Part shown: piece after piece, positions 41,701-50,732 of the stretch
Position numbering within the stretch: position 1 is the first letter of the stretch
Layout: every line of letters starts with the position of its first letter
NCBI GenBank assembly: GCA_048013815.1
Contig: CM106585.1
Location: 18,724,001 to 18,788,000 of the forward strand
Length of the DNA stretch: 64,000 nucleotides
DNA from: Setoptus koraiensis
Taxonomy: Eukaryota > Animalia > Arthropoda
Direction: 5' to 3'
Position numbers and translations under genes: made by a program
Notes under the pieces: model-generated
The model's database searches: none
What the model saw: the letters and a program-made list of their open reading frames with translations, nothing else
Told to the model about the DNA's origin: nothing

Positions 41701-42210
41701 GTCCGTCCGTACGTTTGTTTAGTTTATCCTTTGTAAATTGGCAAGCCGTGTGTGTCTCTTTGTGAGCACTGGCCAGCCATCTCGAGCCTAATTGACCGGT
41801 TGTGTGTGCATGAGAAGTGTAGCGGAAAAATATCCACTTTACGGAAGTATCTATTTAGTGTTTGTGAGCAATCAATTTAGAGCAAAAATAGCAAAAATAA
41901 CAAAAATCCATCTGCCTGCCTAATGACTTGTGAGCCTAGTCAATGGCGCCAATAAATGGCCCCGTGATAGGTCGACGCAGATCAAATATTGGCTCTCGGC
42001 GCTCTCGCCAACCACCGCGCCATCCACCGCGCCATCATACCATAACAACTCGCCATGTTATACAAATACTTACAATATTTTCCCTTCGTCTCCAATATCT
42101 GCCAATCATTATTTATCATGCAATGCCGCTCGCATTCACTGTTTGCCCATTACACTGTTTGTCCGATACACTGTTTGTTTGTGTAATTTACTGTTTGGGT
42201 ACCAATTTAG

Positions 42211-42324
42211 GTAACGAAGTTTACGTCGCAACGGCGGCCAAATTCCTTGGCCAGGACCCATTGATACACAAGACGGGAACGCCGACTCTCCGAACGGAAC
42301 CTTTCAACACAAAACAGCTCAATT
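42211..42324 (+). CDS. Sema1a: Semaphorin-1a exon
   Basis: TTTAG| acceptor, |GTAAGT donor, 114 nt, phase 1-1. Encodes GNEVYVATAAKFLGQDPLIHKTGTPTLRTEPFNTKQLN (DPLI...LRTE motif). Confidence 0.93.
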
Positions 42325-42427
42325 GTAAGTAGCTCATATATTGAATTCTCGTTGTTTATCCCTGCCACTGCTCATGCCAACACTAACATACAAACATCTC
42401 ATTATTGCACCCGTCCGACACAAACAC

Positions 42428-42482
42428 AAAAATCGTACAAAATCGTACAAAATCGTACAAAATCGTACAAAATGCACAAAAT
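42428..42482. repeat. 10-bp tandem repeat between branch point and acceptor
   Basis: (aaaatcgtac)4 plus a degenerate copy, directly upstream of the 42487 acceptor. Confidence 0.9.
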
Positions 42483-42486
42483 GCAG

Positions 42487-42720
42487 CTCCGAATTTCGTC
42501 AATTCCTTCCAGTATGGCGAGCACGTTTATTTTCTATTTAGAGAGAGCGCCATTGAGTACGAGAATTGCGGCAAGACCGTCTATTCTCGCATTGGTCGAG
42601 TTTGCATAAACGACGCCGGCGGCATAGACAGCAACAGCGAGTTTAGGTGGACATCCTTCGTGAAGGCTCGCCTCAACTGCTCGTTGCCCGGCGAGTTTCC
42701 CTTTTATTTCAACGAAATTC
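42487..42720 (+). CDS. Sema1a: Semaphorin-1a exon
   Basis: TGCAG| acceptor, |GTAAGT donor, 234 nt. Encodes [39 protein letters not shown]...[24 protein letters not shown], the hallmark Sema core. Confidence 0.97.
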
Positions 42721-42831
42721 GTAAGTACAATCCCAGGCAACACACACACACAATAAGTGGATAAATGCAAATTGCTCATCATGCGATACAAATAAAACTT
42801 TATCTCTCTCCCTATCTCAACCCCAATGCAG

Positions 42832-43012
42832 AGTCCTCAACTTCGGTCCATACCGGATATTACAACGGCCAGCAAGCGGACATATTGTACGCCGTGTTCA
42901 CCACTCCGTCGAACTCTATCGGCGGCTCGGCGGTTTGCGCCTACCGGATGTCGGACGTGTTGGCTGCGTTCAACGGGCCCTTTAAATGGCAGGAGAACGC
43001 CACATCCAACTG
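42832..43012 (+). CDS. Sema1a: Semaphorin-1a exon
   Basis: TGCAG| acceptor, TG|GTGAGT donor, 181 nt. Encodes ...LYAVFTTPSNSIGGSAVCAYRMSDVLAAFNGPFKWQENATSNW. Confidence 0.95.
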
Positions 43013-43127
43013 GTGAGTGAAAATGTCAATTATGCGCTCACATAATTAATTAGCATAATCAATTATATCAATTATATAAGATTTAAATAAGATTCAGAGA
43101 GCTAACAACGTAATCTAATGTCCACAG

Positions 43128-45420
43128 GCTGCCCGTTCCCGAGGAGGCCATTCCGCGACCCCGGCCCGGCACTTGTTTGCCGCCGGGCGAGCACGCCTCG
43201 TTGGGCGTCTACTCGTTTATTACCAGAAATCCGTTGATGGATCAGGCTGTGTCGGCCTTTTGGAGCCAGCCCCTGGTGTCGATGCCCAGTCTAAATTGGC
43301 GCTTCACACAAGTGGCCGTAGACACACAAATTGACGTTAACAGCCGCCAACCTGTTGACGTTGTGTTTGTGGCCACTTCCGATGGGCGAATACTCAAATT
43401 GTTCAATCCGTTCACAACGCTGTATCCGCCCCCCAATTCGGCCGACAATTTATCCGGCGAAGGCGACAATTTGGTCCAATTGGACAACGTTATGTCGGCG
43501 CCGCGCATCAACAACAACCAGCAGCAGCAGCAGCACCCGTACCACCATCAGACTACTCAGCCGCCACCGCCAATATCTGCCTACTCATACGCGGACTCCA
43601 CCAACGAGCCCATAGTTGGCAACGGCGCCCCCTCAATGATGACGGGCACTCAATTGAATAGAAACAATCGCTTGAATGGGGCCAATGGGGCCGCCGCTAC
43701 CAGAGAGCAGCGCGGCGCAACGGCGGGCATCAACGCCAACTTGTATCTGGCCGCTGCAAGGAAATCGTCCTCAAATTTGGGCCAAATGATGTCACCAGAG
43801 CTCATAAGTGATACAATTATTGTAGAGGAATTGCAAGTGTTTGATACGCGCACGCCAATTATTAATTTACACATTTACCACACACATCACGAGGCCAAAT
43901 TGATAGTGGTCAGTCAGCGTCAAATTAAATCCATACCGTTGTTCCGGTGCGAGCGAGCCAAGACATGCCACGATTGTCAGCAATTGCGCGACCCATATTG
44001 CGCCTGGGACATTCAAACGCAACAGTGCCAATATAATTACAATTTAAATAGCATAAATTACCAGGGCAACAGCAACAACAACAACATTGGCGGATACCCG
44101 TACGCCAATCCATTCAGACAGCAGAGGCCGTCGGGCGTCAACGGTAGCAGCTCCGTCATGATTGCTTGGAATGGCCAGTGTCCGGCCGACGGCAACACTG
44201 CCGATCAGCTCGCTGTTGCTTCGTCGATGGCAGTGGGGCCCATAGTGAACAGTATTAATCATCCCACCATGTCTGTGATACCGCGTTATGACTTAAAATT
44301 GTCGCCACTGACTGGCAGCAGCAGCAGCAATCAATATGCTGCCGCCACTGGCGGCCAGCAGCAAGACCCGCACGAAGTGACCCCGTCGAGCTATGTGACC
44401 ACCAGCAGCCAATTGGTGGTAATCAATAATTTATTCAACAGTATGCAGGGTCTCGTTTATCGCGACTCGTCGCTGTTGTTGTTGCCCACATTGGCTCAGG
44501 CGACGGCCTCTACGCCGGTCGGTCACGACCAATGTTTGACATTGTGCAACAATTATCAGCATCTCTACAACGGCCGACAACTGCTCAACTCTGCCACTAC
44601 TCAACTACAAAATCCCCTTTGCAACACAATAGCCGCCGACGGATGCGAACCCCACAGCGGCGGCCTGAAGCAATCGGGCGCCGCCAGCGGCGGCCAGACT
44701 CTCGGATCGGGCGCCAACTCTGTCATGATCAGTTCGCCAAATGCCTATTCTACCAACGAAAGTCTGGCGTTTGCCATCATTACATCGGCATTTTGTGCCC
44801 TAGTTATTGGACTCATATTTGGCTTTTTGTTTGGCAAGAACCGGAAGAGCGGCCACGATTCCTCTGTTTGTTCTTCCACATTTGACGATGCCAATTTGTA
44901 CATATCGACGGCCAGCAGTGCAGCCACTCATCATCATCATCATCATCTCAGCAATTATCAGCAGCAGCACAACAATTTGCACGGCGGAACATCGTTGATA
45001 CAAACACGCCAACACCATCACAGCAACATATACTCTGGCCAGCCAGTTGTCCAGCAAACAACCACGGGTCCCATGAGCGGTCAGCAGTCGTCGTTGACTC
45101 CGCACGAGATGCAACATTTACTCCAACAACAACAACAACAGCAACAACAAATAAACGGCAATCAAACTCTAATCAATCTGATGACTGCCAGCTCGACCGC
45201 AACCACAAATTCGCCAACGGGCCTACAAACAAACAATCACCTGTACAACAATGCCTTTACTTCGGCGTTACAGCAGCAGCAACAGCAACAACAACAACAA
45301 CAGAAACAACCACCGCAACTACCACAACTACCACAACAACTGCAATTGCAACAGCAACAACAGCATCTCATTAACAGCAACAGACCCGTTGCACGGGGCG
45401 CCATGAAGGCAGATCTCTGA
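43128..45420 (+). CDS. Sema1a: Semaphorin-1a terminal exon: end of Sema domain, PSI domain, stalk, TM helix, His/Gln-rich cytoplasmic tail
   Basis: CCACAG| acceptor. WLPVPEEAIPRPRPGTC, PSI CxxCxxLRDPYCAWD, and TM YSTNESLAFAIITSAFCALVIGLIFGFLFG (44764-44835), similar to the class-1 semaphorin juxtamembrane/TM segment. Stop TGA at 45418-45420; AATAAA at 45448-45453. Confidence 0.93.
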
Positions 45421-45660
45421 TTGACGTTGCCATTGATTATATATGCAAATAAATGATGTGGCCAGCAAAACGAAATTTATGATCTAATTAATTTTCGATA
45501 ATTAATGCGATCGCTTAAAATTACACATGTACCTAAGTGACCAACTAGTGAGATAAAAGAACATGCAAATTATATGTATACATGACAATTATACATGTAC
45601 ATGAAGTGTGTCTGTGTTTGCACCACCTAAGAATAATGCAGCCCATACATACAACTTTGA

Positions 45661-45672
45661 TTTATTAATAAA
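45661..45672. terminator. Palindromic two-way polyadenylation signal candidate (TTTATTAATAAA)
   Basis: Perfect 12-bp palindrome giving AATAAA on both strands, between the convergent stops at 45420 (+) and 45785 (-). Confidence 0.45.
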
Positions 45673-45784
45673 GAGTTGATTATTAACATTACTCATCGCA
45701 TTAGTCTGACCATATTGATCCTGCTCAATATCATACGACTCGACTATATTGATTTTCACTTTTTTTTTTGCTACCATTCCGTTA

Positions 45785-47617
45785 CTAGCTCTGTTCCTTC
45801 TTCGATTCGCTCTTCTTGTTGGATCCCGTGGTCGATTCGCCAGTCCGGCCGGATCCGTTGGTTGATTCGCTCTTCTGGTTAGATTCAGTGGTCGACTCGC
45901 CTTTCTTGTTGGATCCCGAAGTCGATTCGCCCTCCTGGTTGGCTCTCGTGCTCGACTCTCCTATCTGATCGGATCCCGTAGTAGATTCACTCTTCTTGTT
46001 GGACCCCGTGCTTGATCCGCTAGTCCGGCCGGATCCAGTGGTCTGATCGCTCTTCTGGTTAAATCCAGTGGTCAATTCGCCTTCCTGGTTGGCTCTCGTG
46101 CTCGACTCTCCTATCTGATCGGATCCCGTAGTAGATTCGCTCTTCTGGTTGGACCCCCTGCTCGATTCGCCAGTACGGTCTGGTCCAGCGGCCTGATCGC
46201 TCTTCTGGTTAGATCCAGTGGTCGATTCGCCTTTCTGGTTGGCTCTCGTGTTTGACTCTCCTGTCCGATTGGATCCTGTAGTAGATTCACTCTTCTTGTT
46301 AGATTCTGTGCTCGATTCGCCAGTACGGTCGGGTCTATTGGTTGATTCGCTCTTCTGGTTAGATCCGATGGTCGATTCGCCTTTCTGGTTGGATCCTGTA
46401 GTAGATTCACTCTTCTTGTTGGATCCTGTGCTCGATTCGCCAGTACGGTCGGGTCCATTGGTTGATTCACTCTTCTTGTTAGATTCAGTGGTCGATTTGC
46501 CTTTCTGGTTGGCTCTCGTGCTCGACTCTCCTGTCCGATCGGATCCTGTAGTAGATTCACTCTTCTGGTTGGACCCCGTGCTCGATTCGCTAGTCTGGCC
46601 GGATCCAGTGGTCTGCTCGTCCTTCTGGTCGACTTTAGAGGTCGATCCGCTTTTCTGATCTGATCCCGCGGTTGATTCGCCTTTCTGGTTAGATCCTGTG
46701 GTCGACTCGCCAGATTCTTTGACACTGCTGACATTGTTCTGGCCTGTTGTTGTCGCATTTTTGTCACCGTTTGCCTTTGAGACGCTTGTCTTATTGTTGC
46801 TGCTATTGTCAGTCGGATCGGACAACTCGTCGACCTGTCTTTCATGGTCATCATTTCTATTGTCCGATTGAGAAGAGCGATTGTTTTCGCTTGAAGAATT
46901 TTGATTTTTCGTCTCATTATCACCATTATCACCTGTGACACTTTTGGGGCCTCCATTGGTATTGCCCTCTTGCTTGCTGGAAGTTTGTCGAGCATTTTGG
47001 TCTCTGTCGTTCGAACGAGAATTCTCGAGGTTTTTCTTGTTAGAATCATCCGTTCTTTCACTGTTGCCACTTAAATTGTCGTCATCATCATTGTAACTCT
47101 TACTTGAATCATTTTTTTCGATCTTATCATCGGCACGGTTCTTGTTAGAATTTTCATCTGCTTCTTGCGAATCACTTTGTTGCCTATCGCTCCCATTTGA
47201 ATCTCTTGATCCTTGCTCGTTGTCACGCTTGTTGAAGTTGTCACTATTGACCTTACTTAGGTCTTGTCTATCAGAGCTCTCTTCCGAAATGTTATTTCTG
47301 TCAGATCGGTGACCGTTGTCGTTGAGGTTTTTGCCTTTAGTATTGTTGCCATTGTTACTAGAATCATCGTTATTTCCTATAGAACCAATTTGGATGTTGA
47401 TGTTTTTATCTCTTTTGACTCGTTTGAGAGGACCTAAGTTGCTGTGTCCAGTATGTGAAACAAGTTCAGAATTTTTGCTCTCCTCGGAATCCCTCCCGAG
47501 TGACAGCGATGATAATTTTTGATCGTAAGCAGGCGAAGCAGCGGCTCCGTGGTGGCCGACATAGGTAATGAAAACGAGCGCCATTACAACGTAGATCTTA
47601 TTAACATGAATGTCCAT
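45785..47617 (-). CDS. Secreted Ser/Thr/Gly/Asn-rich decapeptide-repeat protein (~610 aa), no recognised family
   Basis: Single open frame from ATG 47617. Signal-peptide-like MDIHVNKIYVVMALVFITYVGHHGAAA, furin-like KRVKR, N/D/S-rich spacer, then ~30 copies of an ES(T/S)TGS(N/D)(Q/R/K)(K/T)(G/S) unit. Confidence 0.8.
   Translation of the reverse strand: MDIHVNKIYVVMALVFITYVGHHGAAASPAYDQKLSSLSLGRDSEESKNSELVSHTGHSNLGPLKRVKRDKNINIQIGSIGNNDDSSNNGNNTKGKNLNDNGHRSDRNNISEESSDRQDLSKVNSDNFNKRDNEQGSRDSNGSDRQQSDSQEADENSNKNRADDKIEKNDSSKSYNDDDDNLSGNSERTDDSNKKNLENSRSNDRDQNARQTSSKQEGNTNGGPKSVTGDNGDNETKNQNSSSENNRSSQSDNRNDDHERQVDELSDPTDNSSNNKTSVSKANGDKNATTTGQNNVSSVKESGESTTGSNQKGESTAGSDQKSGSTSKVDQKDEQTTGSGQTSESSTGSNQKSESTTGSDRTGESSTRANQKGKSTTESNKKSESTNGPDRTGESSTGSNKKSESTTGSNQKGESTIGSNQKSESTNRPDRTGESSTESNKKSESTTGSNRTGESNTRANQKGESTTGSNQKSDQAAGPDRTGESSRGSNQKSESTTGSDQIGESSTRANQEGELTTGFNQKSDQTTGSGRTSGSSTGSNKKSESTTGSDQIGESSTRANQEGESTSGSNKKGESTTESNQKSESTNGSGRTGESTTGSNKKSESKKEQS
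45799..46708 (-). repeat. Coding 30-bp tandem array (~30 units)
   Basis: On the + strand, variants such as ctggttggatcctgtagtagattcactctt recur with 30-nt periodicity. This also explains the alternative-frame ORFs 46111-47070 and 46218-46658. Confidence 0.92.
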
Positions 47618-48084
47618 TGTGGATTGATTTAATTTTTTCTTCCGTGCACAAAAATACAAGAATCCCGTAGCCCGGTTGATGCAAAAATATCTATGTGGAT
47701 CTACAAGTGTAGTCGGACAGACAAGGAACGATCAATTTAAATTCTGTTTTTTCCAACTCCTCGCGTCAAGAATGCACACCGAGAAAGCTCTGATGAGTAA
47801 ATTATACACGCGGTTAAAATCAAACAGAGTGCCTCGGAAAGCGCCCCATCAATATTATTCGTGAATTTGTTTGCAATCTGAATTATTATCCACATCATGT
47901 GTTTGCGATCTATAATCGATAATGCATCATCACCCAGCTATAAATAGAAAAACCAGTCGATGAGTGGAGCTTTTTCTGCGTCAAAAGGGACCCGTGACGT
48001 CAACGGTAATGATAAAATGCAAGTTTGTAAAGATAGTTAATTGCTGAAATTGAACAAATTTGACGTATTGTAGGTTTTTATTTT

Positions 48085-49878
48085 TCAGGCAACCATTTCT
48101 TGGAGTTGCACAAAGATAAAAATCAACGATATCTGTTGAGTCAAGACGGAGAAAATTAGTTGCCGCCTGTACTTGGTTCCGGGACCATAGGAAAAGTTTG
48201 CCTGATCCAAGAGGATGCTTATGTGATCGTACTGCACCCAAAGATTCATAGTTTCTGTTATGTAATCGATTTTAGTTTGATTGTGCACCGTGATTGCAAA
48301 AAGTTTGCTGTCTATGCTGCCCCTAATGTGACGTCCACTGCTGTCTAAGTAGTCTTCATGGGTCGTCAGCATCATGTCACAGCATTCTCTTGAGGTGGAC
48401 AAATTCATGTTGAAAAACAAATCCCTCAAGCGTTCCAATTCGCAAGGTAACTGGCCCATGGAGTTAAAATGATACACTACAAGTATGAGAAAAGCCGATG
48501 AAAATAGCACCGCCAATATGGTCTCAGTATAGTAGCGGGCGCTCCATCCTATGGCCCCAATGAGAATGTAAAATGCCACTTGGAGACCCTCCAGCAACAC
48601 TGTCATGTATGTGCCAAAACTAAACAGTGCATTTATCTCGTCGATGGCGTCTTTTATGTCGACCAACATTGTTGTTATTTTCTTGAATCGAAACTGTGAA
48701 AATTTAACGCCACTCAACGAGCCCAGCAGATTATGTTGCTCTATTGACTTGCTGTGACCATCTCTGATTGCCCGGTCTATACTCAAATCTGGCCAATCTA
48801 ACGCAACTCTGCTGGCCAGATCCAACTGTGACTCTGTCATTCTGTTGAGAACATTCTCATCTGTCCACTGATGAATGTGCTTGGCAAAATTCAAGCTTAT
48901 GTAAGAGGCCAACTCAAAGGGCACAAACGTGAGTGAGACCAATATCAGTACGAACATCGCAGACAATATTGACAATATTATTTTTAGCCACATGTCCTCA
49001 TTGAAGTAATGATACACAACGGCAACGGTGGTCACCGGACCCCACAGCAGTAGTCCTATGTGATGATTAGAGAACAGTTTTGCGGCCAGACGAGCTTGCC
49101 AGTCGGCGTCTACATCGACCAGGCCATATCTGGTGATTACTGCGTGTAATTTGTCTCTAAAATGCACTAGTGACAACAGTGTACTCATGTGTTCAAACAG
49201 ATACAATATTGGACTCAACCGGAAACAAATCGATGTTAGAGGATGAGCGGTTATGTAGACAAATCTATCCGTTGTCAGCAATTCTTCGAAGGCGTAATAG
49301 CACACACAGCAAACCGTTATAGCAAACACCGCCGATATTGCGTATATCATTGAGATAGTACTAGGGGACATAAACTTCCCGTTAGCTCTGGTCAGCACCA
49401 TCCAAACAATCCAAGAGAAAGTCAGTGTGTGCATTTTGCCCAATAGAACGGCGCCAGGCGACATGGTCTTGGCCACTGTTTGACAATTTTCTTGGATTTT
49501 GTTTCTCTTGCTTGCCGTTGCGAACCGATCAAACGACAGTCCTGATAGAAACAACAAATCATTTAGGCCCTGCCTTGCGTCGTTCCAGTACTTTCCAAAT
49601 GAGTATCTCATGTAGAGGCTTCTGTTCTGTTGTTGCGACGGGTCCAATTGCCAGCCAATATTGCCAGCTTGACCAGCCTTAAGTTCATCCTTGCCACATT
49701 CATAATCCAATGAATGCTTTCCAGCAATCGCAAATCCCTTGGTATACGCAACATCATCAACACTGGTGATTGTCATCGCTGGCCTGCACGAATTCTGATG
49801 ATACTCGTCAGAGTGATTGCATATCTTTCTATTGCCGAATATTGGTCGCAAAATTTTGGTTAGTTCTAATTTTGGCAT
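48085..49878 (-). CDS. Gustatory receptor family (7TM chemoreceptor), intronless, ~597 aa
   Basis: Multiple hydrophobic helices. The C-terminus FSYGPGTKYRRQLIFSVLTQQISLIFIFVQLQ matches the Gr TM7 pattern (F..R.L..S......Y/I..I..Q). First ATG at 49878; the ORF-track start at 49923 is GTG. Confidence 0.7.
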   Translation of the reverse strand: MPKLELTKILRPIFGNRKICNHSDEYHQNSCRPAMTITSVDDVAYTKGFAIAGKHSLDYECGKDELKAGQAGNIGWQLDPSQQQNRSLYMRYSFGKYWNDARQGLNDLLFLSGLSFDRFATASKRNKIQENCQTVAKTMSPGAVLLGKMHTLTFSWIVWMVLTRANGKFMSPSTISMIYAISAVFAITVCCVCYYAFEELLTTDRFVYITAHPLTSICFRLSPILYLFEHMSTLLSLVHFRDKLHAVITRYGLVDVDADWQARLAAKLFSNHHIGLLLWGPVTTVAVVYHYFNEDMWLKIILSILSAMFVLILVSLTFVPFELASYISLNFAKHIHQWTDENVLNRMTESQLDLASRVALDWPDLSIDRAIRDGHSKSIEQHNLLGSLSGVKFSQFRFKKITTMLVDIKDAIDEINALFSFGTYMTVLLEGLQVAFYILIGAIGWSARYYTETILAVLFSSAFLILVVYHFNSMGQLPCELERLRDLFFNMNLSTSRECCDMMLTTHEDYLDSSGRHIRGSIDSKLFAITVHNQTKIDYITETMNLWVQYDHISILLDQANFSYGPGTKYRRQLIFSVLTQQISLIFIFVQLQEMVA

Positions 49879-50587
49879 GCTGCTAGATTGTTTGTGCCTG
49901 CTGATCACTTTCACTGTTCGCACTAAATCACGACAATATTACAAAGTGTCGCATTGGCCACATTCTAGATCCGGTCTCGACGATGTTTTAAGGGTCTAAT
50001 GCCAGCAAACTGGGAGCAATAGTTTGCTTGAATGAGAGCCTCATGTGCAAACAGAGAATAAGTGCATTTCCCTCAACTTTTGCGTCCCTTCATTAGATAG
50101 TCGTCGTCGATGAGAAGTGTTTGCAATCTCAAAGCTCGCTTTTCTGTGGGCCCCATACTCGATCAAGTACTTCGAAACTACCACCGCTATCATTGTCGGA
50201 GCTGTCACGCAGATTCAAGTTATAATAATGTATTATACGATTTATTATACCGATTAAAGGAGACAAGAGACTTAACGAGAAAGAGAATCGAATAGCGTGA
50301 CTAAACGTGATCTTTTCCCAGACAGAAGATCAGACATTTCGCTCGAAAGCACTCAATAAAAGAGGACCTTAATATCTAGGTACATGGTAGTGATTGGAGG
50401 GGCACCCCTCTCCGATTCGGGAAGAAGAAGCGAATCGGGGAGTAAGATATTCGCCGCTCCCCGACCAATCTTTGAGAACATCTGGAAATGTTTTCAAAAA
50501 AAAAAAAAATGTTTCAAAATTCGCGCCTATATATATTGACTTTGCTCAATGATTGGTACACCCGTCTGGAAAATTGCCGACTAACAC

Positions 50588-50644
50588 ATGGCCCAGCTCC
50601 TCATCTCTAAACGTGATAAACAAAAAGGGCAAGCTATTGCTCAG
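50588..50644 (+). CDS. THOC1: THOC1 putative exon 1, derived from RpS7 exon 1
   Basis: ATG...GCTCAG|GTACAT encodes MAQLLISKRDKQKGQAIAQ. An 88-nt intron (50645-50732) ending CCACAG splices in frame to the THOC1 ORF. 39 of the first 48 nt match RpS7 exon 1. Confidence 0.65.
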
Positions 50645-50732
50645 GTACATAGACCATAAGGATCATCCGACAACTTACACACATTCGATAGATATTTAAC
50701 AAATTACCGTCCTCATTCTTATCCAACCACAG

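Larger units (their letters stand above)
19685..42210 (+). other. 22,526-nt semaphorin intron, GC-rich and rich in simple repeats
   Basis: Bounded by GT...AG between exons whose translations join seamlessly (STYA|GNEVYVAT). No recognisable protein domain in any internal ORF. Confidence 0.85.

Noticed and set aside
214-42000. Several hundred 60-270-aa ORFs on both strands in the ORF track
   Set aside because: They overlap in all frames, are built from microsatellite translations (poly-Q/T/V/C/L), show no domain motifs and lie in semaphorin introns or upstream DNA.
46111-47070. Long alternative-frame and antisense ORFs over the decapeptide array
   Set aside because: By-products of a stop-free 30-bp repeat.
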